Assembly (NCBI GenBank): GCA_963733035.1 | Contig: CAVTBU010000004.1 | Location: 320,001 to 384,000, forward strand | DNA length: 64,000 bases | Direction of reading: 5' to 3' | Source of the DNA: Pirellulales bacterium | Lineage (GTDB): Bacteria; Planctomycetota; Planctomycetia; Pirellulales; PALSA-1355 | In this document: piece after piece, positions 10,888-19,038 of the stretch | Layout of the letters: every line of letters begins with the position of its first letter | How positions within the stretch are numbered: the first letter of the stretch is position 1 | Notes under the pieces: model-generated | The model's input: only the letters and a program-made list of their open reading frames with translations | Database searches by the model: none | What the model was told of the DNA's origin: nothing | Program-made: the position numbers and the translations under genes

Positions 10888-12440
10888 ATGACCGTACAAC
10901 GCTGGAAGATAGTTGTCTGGGGCGGACTTGCGGCTCTCGTTCTCGTGGTCGGGTTGATATTCAACGCGGTGGGCGGAAGCGACCGGCTGGCTGGCGCCAT
11001 TGGGCTAAACCGCACATCTGACACCACAGCTACCGGTGAGCAAGTATCGCGACGCACGTCCGCCGCATCCGCGCCGAGTCCGCAGGATCCCGGCCGCATC
11101 AAGCAGGTCACCGTGGTCATGCCCACGGCCGGCGGCGGAAGTCTGACCACCACTCAGCCGGCCTCCGTTCACTCATTTGGTATCGTCGACTTATATGCCA
11201 AGGTGTCGGGCTACCTGACGAATCAATCCGTTGACATCGGCGATCGTGTAAAGAAGGGACAAATTATCGCGGAGATCGACGCTCCGGAAATCGTCTCGGC
11301 TGAGCAACGCGCTGCCGCGATGTTGGAAAAGGCAAAAGCGAACGTCATACAAATGACGGCGACGATCGATGCCCGACAGGCGGATTTGAAGGCCGCCGAA
11401 GCCAACCAAGCGCAGCGCAAGCCGATCTTCAGAGCTACGAGGCCGAACTCACGTTTGCCACGCTTCAATACAACCGCATCAAAGCGCTCGCTGATCTGAA
11501 GTCCATCGAACGAGAACTCGTCGACGAAAAGGCCAAGCAGCTTGAAGTCGCCAATTCAAAACTGCGGGCCGCTCAGAAGGCGCTCGATACCGCAAAGGCC
11601 GAAGTCTTTTCCGCGGAGGCCGCGGTCAAGGAATCCGAGGCGACGCTCAATGACGCGAAAGCCCAGGTTCGCGTTGCGCAGGCAGACTTGGATAGTGCAA
11701 AACAATACGTCGAGTACACCCGCATCAAAGCGCCGTTTGACGGCGTCATCACACTGCGCAACTACTACGACGGCGATTTCATTCGCACCGCGACCGGCGG
11801 AGGCAATGTTCCTTCGACCGGTGGGCCCCTGCTGCGCGTGGCTCGGACCGACAAAATGCGAGTCGTCGTGCAACTGCCCGACCGTTACATACCGTATGCG
11901 AATCCAGGGGACGACGTGACCCTTACAATCGATTCGCTGCCGAACAAGACTTTTTCGGGCAGTATCTCGCGGATGGTGCGCGCGGAAGTCTATGACACCC
12001 GATATATGCGCGTTGAAATCGATGAGGAGAATTCGGACGGCCTGCTTCAGGACGGGATGTATGGCAGCGCGACGATTGTGCTGGAAAAGGAGCGGCCAGG
12101 AGTTCAGATTCCTTCGTCGTGCCTGGTCGGTGCTGAGAGTCAGGGAATGCGTTCGGTGTATGTCGTCCGCGACGGCCAGGCCAAGCGTCGCGAAGTCACA
12201 ATCGGAGACGACAATGGGTTGCACGCCCAGATTCTGTCAGGTCTCACGGCGGATGATCAGGTCATTACCGGACAGTTGGGCTCGCTGAAGGACGGGATGC
12301 CAGTCAAGGTCGTTGGCACGAAAATCACCGAGCAAGCGTCGCCTCCACGCCAGCGGGCTTCGACGACGCAAGACACTAGTGCCACTCACACTCCAGAAGC
12401 ACGGACGTCGCCGGAAGATCAGGGGGGACCAACGAAGTGA
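10888..12440 (+). CDS. RND efflux periplasmic adaptor (MFP) 2, one frameshift near 11415
   Basis: TM anchor and VDIGDRVKKGQIIAEIDAPE lie in ORF 10819-11499. The second frame is continuous from ADLQSYEAEL through IKAPFDGVIT to the stop at 12440, which overlaps the next start (GTGA). Confidence 0.9.
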
Positions 12441-15400
12441 CCTCCCTCATCCGCTTGGCGTTGCGAAATCCCCGGGCCGTGACCGTAAGTGTTCTGGCCG
12501 TCCTCTTGATCGGCGGCCTGTGCCTGACCCAGATCCCGGTGGATATCCTGCCTGTGTTTGATCGCCCGGCGGTCCAGGTGTTGACTTTCTATAGCGGCAT
12601 GCCGCCCACAAGCATTGCCAGTGCGATCACCAACCCCATGGAACGCTGGACCGGCACGTCGGCGGGCATGCGCCGTCAGGAGTCTCGCTCGATTCTGGGC
12701 GTTAGCGTGATTCGCAACTACTTTCGCAGCGGCGTCGATCCAAATGGCGCGCTGACGCAGGTCAACTCCCTGGCCCTGGCCGAGATCCCCAATCTCCCCC
12801 CGGGCACGCTGCCCCCGATCGTGCTACCCTACGATCCGACCGCCACCACGCCGGCCTGTATCGTGGCCTTGGATAGCAAGGACCAGACGGAATCGACGCT
12901 TTACGATGTTGGCCGATACGAAGTGCGCAACATGATCATGAGTTCTCCGGGAGCCAATGCGCCGGTGGTTTTCGGCGGCAAAATTCGCGCGATCCTGGCT
13001 TATTTGGATCGCACGAAGCTGCAATCGCGCGACCTGTCGCTTATGGACGCGCTTAATGCAATCGAGCAGTACAACGTTTTCCTGCCCACGGGAGATGCAA
13101 AGTTTGGCGACACGGATTTTGCCATCGACTCTAACTCGATGTTCGACGTCGTCCAGCAAATGGAGGACATTCCCCTTCGCCGCCGCCCCGGCGCCACGGA
13201 TTTCCTGGGGGACGTGGCCGAAGTAAAGGATTCCAACTTGATTCAAATGACGGCCGTCCGCGTCGATGGTCGCAGGCAAGTCTATATTCCCGTCTACCGA
13301 CAAGCTGGCGCGAGCACGCTTGGCGTGGTCGATAACGTCCGGTCGTCACTTCCCGAGATGGAATCAAAAATCAGCCGTCCCGGGATCGGCCTGAAGCTCG
13401 TGATGGATCAGTCCGTATATGTCCGTCAATCAATCCGAAGTCTGATAACTGAAGGACTGCTGGGCGCGGTACTTTGTTCGCTGGTGATTCTCGTCTTTTT
13501 GGGTCAATTGCGGATGACGGCCATCGCCGTGCTGATGATCCCGACAGCCATCATGGCGGCAGTTGCTTGCCTGTACTCAGTCGGCGAAACGATCAACGTG
13601 ATGACCCTCGCGGGACTGGCCCTGGCCATCGGACCACTCGTGGATTTGGCAATCGTTGTGCTGGAAAACACCCATCGCAAACTCGTCGAGATCGGGCAGC
13701 CGAGAAAGGCCGCGTTGAGCGGGGCGTCGGAAGTCGTGATGCCCGAGTTGGTCGCGACCTTGAGCACGCTCCTGGTGCTTGCCCCGCTGGCGGTCATGCC
13801 AGGCTCCGGACAATTCCTTTTTAAGCCGATGGCGCTAGCGGTTTGCTTTGCCATGCTGTGCGCAATGCTGCTGGCGCTGTCATTCGTGCCTTCGCGGTGC
13901 GCAACCTGGTTAAAGGCCCCCAAAAACCAGTCGGACGCCGGCGAGAAGCCGGGATTCTTCAGCCGGGCGTTTTCCCGGTGGGAAGCCGCGGTGGACTCGG
14001 CCATTGGATGGTACCGGCGACGCCTGAATTGGGTCGTAGGCCATCGATCGGTGACGATGGCCATTCCTGTCGCGTTACTTATTCTGCTGATTATTTTCAT
14101 TGGACCGTCCATGCGGAGAGAATTCTTTCCGCAAGTTGATACGGGCGCATTCGAAATCTATGTGCGGGCGCCCAGCGGAACTCGACTGGAAGTATCCGAA
14201 CAGAATTATATTACGAAAGTCGAAAAGACGATCCGACAGACCATTGGCCAGGATTTGGAACTCATCCTCAGCACGCTTGGCGTCCGAGCAGATTGGTCTG
14301 CCGCGTACTCCCCTAACTCGGGACCGATGGATACCGTCGTTCAGGTGCAACTTGCGTCCGAGCGGAAGCACTCGGCGCAGCAGTATGTGACTCGACTGCG
14401 GGAGGCATTTCGTGCCGAACCACAATTTGCCAATCTCGAGTTTGCCTTCAACGACGGCGGAATGATTCGCAGCGCGCTGAACGAAGGACGTTCCACGCCG
14501 ATCGACGTGCAGATCATATCCAAGGATCGCGAAAAGGCGCATCAGGTGGCCAAGGGCATCCGCAACGCAGTGGCGGAAATCGATGGCGTCGTCGATGCCC
14601 GCGTCATGCAACGATTGGACTATCCGGAGTATTTGCTCGAAGTCGATCGAACCAAGGCCCACCGGCTTGGACTAACACAACAAGAGGTCATGAAGAATGT
14701 GATCTCGGCCATCAAGTCGAGCATCCAATTCAACAAGCACAACTTCTGGATCGATCCACTCAGCAAGAATCAGTACTTTGTCGGCGTTCAGTATCCGGAA
14801 AAAGATATTACCTCCCTGGAAACATTGCTTGATGTGCCCATTCGCGGCCCGCAGCAGACCACACCCATTCCGCTCAGTAGCATCGTCAGCATTAAGCCCA
14901 CGTCCATTGCCGCCGAGGTGACGCACACCGATTTGCAGACGACGACGGACGTAACCATGAATGTCGAAGGGCGGGATCTGGGGCACGTCGCCGCCGACAT
15001 TACCCGTACGGTCGATCAATTCGGGCAGCGCAACGAGGATGGAAAATGGGTTCTCTTTGATCCGGATGACTCCACCAAGTCAAAACTGATGACGGGCAGC
15101 ACGATGACCGTGAGCGGTGAATACACGCACATGCAAGAAACGTTCCGTGAATTCGCCATCGGAATTGCTTTGACTTCGCTCCTGATCTATTTTTTGATGG
15201 TTAGCCTGCTCGATTCGTATGTCGTCCCGCTGGTCGTTCTGGCCGGTGTCCCGCTCGGCCTGATCGGCATTGTGCCGGTCCTCTATCTGACCGGCACGTC
15301 CATCAACGTTCAGTCGCTCTTGGGCGTGGTGTTTGTCGTGGGAATTATCGTTTCAAACTCGGTGCTGCTGGTAGACCTCGCACAGAACTTTCGCCGGGAG

Positions 15401-15691
15401 GAAAACCTCAACCCCACGCAAGCCGTTTGCAAGGCGGCAGAGCGGCGCGTACGGCCTGTCGTGATGACCGCCTTGGCGGCGTTTTTCGCCTTGATGCCCA
15501 TGGCGATGGCCCTGGAGCGCGGGAGCGAGGCCAACGCGCCGCTCGGCCGGGCCGTGGTTGGCGGATTGGTGGCAGGTCTGTTCGCGACTCTGGTAATTGT
15601 TCCGGCCCTCTATTCACTGTGGGTGCGCGGCCACGTCGAGACCGATTCAAGTGATGAGCCTGACGCAAACGCGGCAGGCGCACTCGCGTAG
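12437..15691 (+). CDS. RND efflux permease 2 (AcrB/CusA superfamily), intact
   Basis: 1084 aa with RND topology; INVMTLAGLALAIGPLVDLAIVVLEN (TM4), RVRPVVMT (TM11), PLGRAVVGG (TM12). Confidence 0.95.
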   Translation: MTSLIRLALRNPRAVTVSVLAVLLIGGLCLTQIPVDILPVFDRPAVQVLTFYSGMPPTSIASAITNPMERWTGTSAGMRRQESRSILGVSVIRNYFRSGVDPNGALTQVNSLALAEIPNLPPGTLPPIVLPYDPTATTPACIVALDSKDQTESTLYDVGRYEVRNMIMSSPGANAPVVFGGKIRAILAYLDRTKLQSRDLSLMDALNAIEQYNVFLPTGDAKFGDTDFAIDSNSMFDVVQQMEDIPLRRRPGATDFLGDVAEVKDSNLIQMTAVRVDGRRQVYIPVYRQAGASTLGVVDNVRSSLPEMESKISRPGIGLKLVMDQSVYVRQSIRSLITEGLLGAVLCSLVILVFLGQLRMTAIAVLMIPTAIMAAVACLYSVGETINVMTLAGLALAIGPLVDLAIVVLENTHRKLVEIGQPRKAALSGASEVVMPELVATLSTLLVLAPLAVMPGSGQFLFKPMALAVCFAMLCAMLLALSFVPSRCATWLKAPKNQSDAGEKPGFFSRAFSRWEAAVDSAIGWYRRRLNWVVGHRSVTMAIPVALLILLIIFIGPSMRREFFPQVDTGAFEIYVRAPSGTRLEVSEQNYITKVEKTIRQTIGQDLELILSTLGVRADWSAAYSPNSGPMDTVVQVQLASERKHSAQQYVTRLREAFRAEPQFANLEFAFNDGGMIRSALNEGRSTPIDVQIISKDREKAHQVAKGIRNAVAEIDGVVDARVMQRLDYPEYLLEVDRTKAHRLGLTQQEVMKNVISAIKSSIQFNKHNFWIDPLSKNQYFVGVQYPEKDITSLETLLDVPIRGPQQTTPIPLSSIVSIKPTSIAAEVTHTDLQTTTDVTMNVEGRDLGHVAADITRTVDQFGQRNEDGKWVLFDPDDSTKSKLMTGSTMTVSGEYTHMQETFREFAIGIALTSLLIYFLMVSLLDSYVVPLVVLAGVPLGLIGIVPVLYLTGTSINVQSLLGVVFVVGIIVSNSVLLVDLAQNFRREENLNPTQAVCKAAERRVRPVVMTALAAFFALMPMAMALERGSEANAPLGRAVVGGLVAGLFATLVIVPALYSLWVRGHVETDSSDEPDANAAGALA

Positions 15692-15713
15692 CACCGGACA
15701 TGCCGCGGACACG

Positions 15714-17561
15714 TCAGAAGTAGACTTGAGTACGGATCCAAAACAGGTCGTTCGACGTTTCGAATTGACCTGGGCTGAGGAAGACTGGACTGCCGAAGAT
15801 CGCGTGCTCCCAGTCGAAATAGACTTTGACGAACTTGTTCAGGTACCAATTCAGCCCGATGTCGATCAGCTTCGCATTGTTGCTCCACAAATTCGGATCG
15901 GAAATGCCGTTGGTAAACACGCGTTGATCGAGATTCAGTTCGCTGTAGCGCCCCGTCACTTCCCAGGCGCCGAGACCGAAGCGCCCTTTACGCAGGTCGA
16001 AACGGCACAGCGGATCGATGAGCGTTCGATCGCGAATCGTCTCGCCGGTGAGAATATATGCGGCCTGCACAACCCAACCGCGGATCGGAACACGGGTCGA
16101 CGGGCCCCCCAACGCCGCGTAGCTTTCGTGCCCGCCCTCGACGGCGGCCAGCGCGGAGAGCCCGCCGTAGTAATACGCCAGGTGAGCTTCCCACAGCGAC
16201 CGAGTCCCCAGTTCCTGCACGCCCGGGTTGAATGCCAGAAAGGGCAAGCTGGCGGCATTGGCGGCGGCGTTGTCGTTGACGCCAGTCGCACCCGGCGCGA
16301 TGTTCGTTCTGAGCACGGCCGGCACGGTTGGCTGGTCTTCCGTTCCCGCGTCGACCGAACCGCCGAATTGCACGTCGCGCAACCAAAACCCCTCTTCGCG
16401 ATTGTAGAAGGGCTTCAAGTTGACAAACGCCATCGCGTCCTGGCGGTTGCTGAACGGCTGGTATGAGTTTCGTTGCGTATTGAAGGAACCCACGGCGTAT
16501 TCGACTCGCTGCTCCCAGACGCTTCCCCACAGCATCAGGCCAAAGCGTCGGTTGCCCTCGTAGTTGTTTGCAAACAGCGACCGCTCCGGCGCCATCAGAT
16601 CCCAGACGTGCGTCCGATAGTATTCATAGGTAAACGGGGTCTTGTACCGGCCAAAGCGGACCTGCAGCCGCGGGTCGTAGTCGAGGTTGATGTAGGCATC
16701 CAGCAATTTGACGTTGTCAAAGCTGTTCTGATACGAAAATTCGTACTTGATTGGCTTTGTAACGTGGCCCTCGAAGTAAACTCGGGTGCGCGGATTGTAG
16801 ATGCCGCTGTTTGCGATACTATCTCCGGCCGGCGAATACATGCGGGCGTCGATTTGCGACATGCCGCGGATGCCCAGCGTGTATTCCTGTTCTTTGGTCG
16901 ACCAACCGAAGCCATCGTGGTCGAAATCATAATGCGATTCGAGTTGGAGCTTGCCAACATGACGGTTGCCAATGACCTGAGCGCGACCCTGAACCGTCGG
17001 ATCGCCACCGGACGCCTTGGAGCCACCACCGGCGACTTGCGGACGGTCGTAGTCAAACTGGCCACGCCCTAGCAAAAAGGAATCGCCGCGAGCCAGTTCG
17101 GGCACCGGCATCGTCCCGTAGCCTCCTTGGCTGTCGGGCCTCTGCGTCTCACTCAAGTAGGGACCGGAGGCTTCGCCAACGACTGCTTCCTGCCAGTTCA
17201 AGCCGGCCTTCATCACCGAAGGGTCAGCGACCAGGCCCTCGGGTTCACTCTGAAGCGTGCGATGAGCGTCTGGAAGCCGTCGCGAAATGACATCGACCTG
17301 CTTGGCGAGCGCTTGATTGCTTCGCACCAAGTCTTGATTCGCCCGCGTTACTTGATCGAGACGGCGTTCCAAGTCGTTGAGCCGGCTACTCACGTCCGGC
17401 CAAGGCGCGATGGCAACGCTCGGACATGGCGATCCGTCCACGACTCCCGAAGTTGGGGGCAGACGGTCTTGCGCAATCGTCTCGTCGACAAACACGGACA
17501 GGAAACCGACGAGAGCAGCCACGCCCGCGACATATCGTCTGAGTGGAAGCGTGGCTTGCAT
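15714..17561 (-). CDS. OprO/OprP-like (phosphate-selective porin family) outer-membrane porin with N-terminal coiled coil
   Basis: Signal peptide, coiled coil, then LLDAYINL..DPRLQVRFGRYKTPF..E, GAWEVTGRYSELNL, IGLNWYLN and a C-terminal RTQVYF (terminal Phe). Confidence 0.85.
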   Translation of the reverse strand: MQATLPLRRYVAGVAALVGFLSVFVDETIAQDRLPPTSGVVDGSPCPSVAIAPWPDVSSRLNDLERRLDQVTRANQDLVRSNQALAKQVDVISRRLPDAHRTLQSEPEGLVADPSVMKAGLNWQEAVVGEASGPYLSETQRPDSQGGYGTMPVPELARGDSFLLGRGQFDYDRPQVAGGGSKASGGDPTVQGRAQVIGNRHVGKLQLESHYDFDHDGFGWSTKEQEYTLGIRGMSQIDARMYSPAGDSIANSGIYNPRTRVYFEGHVTKPIKYEFSYQNSFDNVKLLDAYINLDYDPRLQVRFGRYKTPFTYEYYRTHVWDLMAPERSLFANNYEGNRRFGLMLWGSVWEQRVEYAVGSFNTQRNSYQPFSNRQDAMAFVNLKPFYNREEGFWLRDVQFGGSVDAGTEDQPTVPAVLRTNIAPGATGVNDNAAANAASLPFLAFNPGVQELGTRSLWEAHLAYYYGGLSALAAVEGGHESYAALGGPSTRVPIRGWVVQAAYILTGETIRDRTLIDPLCRFDLRKGRFGLGAWEVTGRYSELNLDQRVFTNGISDPNLWSNNAKLIDIGLNWYLNKFVKVYFDWEHAIFGSPVFLSPGQFETSNDLFWIRTQVYF

Positions 17562-17690
17562 ATCCAGGCTCGGTTGATGGAAGCAAACGTCGGTGCAATT
17601 GGAAAGTGTCAAAGTTTTGCGCGCACCTTGACCCCATCGATTACATCGACCTTGCGGGCGTACCAGCTTGACTCCACGCACGGTCGGGTG

Positions 17691-18124
17691 TTAAGCAACG
17701 AAAGCTGCGTCGAATATGGCGACACAGGTCGCCAACATGCGTGGTTCAACTGGTGGCCGCGCGGGAAATCTCCGTTCGCTTTGGCAAGAACGCCAGCGCC
17801 AGCATGCAGGCATCGACTGCCTGTGCCCCCAGACGAAATGCGCGTGGCCTGGCTCCGCCTCCGGTGAACCGCTCCATTCGAACCGATCGAGGTGATCGTC
17901 AACCTCCAGTGCCGTACGAGTCCGACCTAAGCCAGGTCGTTGAGGTTTCGGAAGACCGTCGTCTGATCCGTTCCTCGCCCGCCGAGCCCGCTGGCCACCT
18001 CGGCGTGGGTAACCGGCCCGGTCGCCTGTTGCAGCACTTCGCAAACTGCAATTCGGGCCGGCGTGGCACGCAACCCCTTGCCACGAATCAACGCGCGCGG
18101 ATCCAGTTTCTTCTTTCTCTTCAT
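17691..18124 (-). pseudogene. fur: Fur-family transcriptional regulator, disrupted
   Basis: Strong RBS, then MKRKKK...GLRATPARIAV...PVTHAEV...DQTTVFRNLNDLA and an in-frame TAG at 17927-17929. VGLVR follows in frame, LEVDDHLDRFE...HAHFV is in another frame, and the C-terminal Cys motifs are scrambled. Confidence 0.75.
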
Positions 18125-18498
18125 GCGCGAAGCCGCCTCTCCCTCCACGAATGCGACCTGCACCCGTCAGTTTTCGTCCAGCTCGGACATCGGTGCATGC
18201 CTCTACCGGGAAGATAGGGCAAATCCACGGCACTTGCGATCTCCGACGCCCGTCCTGCCGTACTGCAACTTGCTCGAAGCGCGGTGGAGTCAGGGGCCGG
18301 GATTCCCCGACCGTTTGCCTACGACGGAACTGGTCTCAAGTGGCCGGGTACAAGGGACCCTTTGCGGCCAGTCCTCCACGGGAGCAAGCATTCTGGTCGC
18401 ACGGCCGACAACCTTCCGAAAGGCGACCGAAGCGGAAATCAAACCGTCAGCGAAATGATGCTGCAATGCGACATATTGCTGAGAATCCTCCATACCAG

Positions 18499-18514
18499 CG
18501 GCACAAAAAATGCT
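18499..18514 (+). promoter_or_regulatory. Candidate sigma54 promoter for Hpt gene
   Basis: CGGCACAAAAAATGCT matches GG-N10-GC, about 90 nt before ATG 18604. The palindrome GCAAT-N7-ATTGC lies at 18463-18479. Confidence 0.6.
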
Positions 18515-18603
18515 CTACGCTATCTCGCAACGACTGCCCCGTGGCATCGAGTTGCCAGGCTTGCCGTTGCGGTTGGTTGCGGGCTCGTAAAGAGGCGATT
18601 CCA

Positions 18604-19023
18604 ATGGATGTCAACAGGAAGCACGAACGGAAGTCCGTGGCGAGAGAGCCCGCCGGGAAGGTCGACAAAGTTTTCGACTACGAGCGCTCACTCGTCCGAC
18701 TTGGTGGCGACCCCTCGCTTTTCTGCGAGATTGTCGCGCTCTTTTTGGAAGATGCGCCACAATTGCTCGAGCGTGCCAGGCTGGGGCTCCGAGACGAGAA
18801 TCTGCCGGAACTCGAAAGGGCGGTACACAGCTTAAAAGGACTTTCGGCCAACTTCGATGCAATGCCGTTTGCATCGGCGGCTTATTGCGTTGAGCAATAT
18901 GCGCACGATCAGGATTTGGCGCGAGTGGCCGAATCTTTTCCGGAACTGGAGCAGGAGTTTGCCCGGCTTTGGACCACGCTGACGACCTTTCGGAATTGCG
19001 AGCGGCATTCGGGCGATCCATAG
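18604..19023 (+). CDS. Stand-alone Hpt (histidine phosphotransfer) protein
   Basis: FDYERSLVRLGGD...LFLED...ERAVHSLKGLSANF (H-x-LKG Hpt motif). ATG at 18604 is preceded by AGAGG. Confidence 0.88.
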   Translation: MDVNRKHERKSVAREPAGKVDKVFDYERSLVRLGGDPSLFCEIVALFLEDAPQLLERARLGLRDENLPELERAVHSLKGLSANFDAMPFASAAYCVEQYAHDQDLARVAESFPELEQEFARLWTTLTTFRNCERHSGDP

Positions 19024-19038
19024 CAACGTCGGGGGCTT

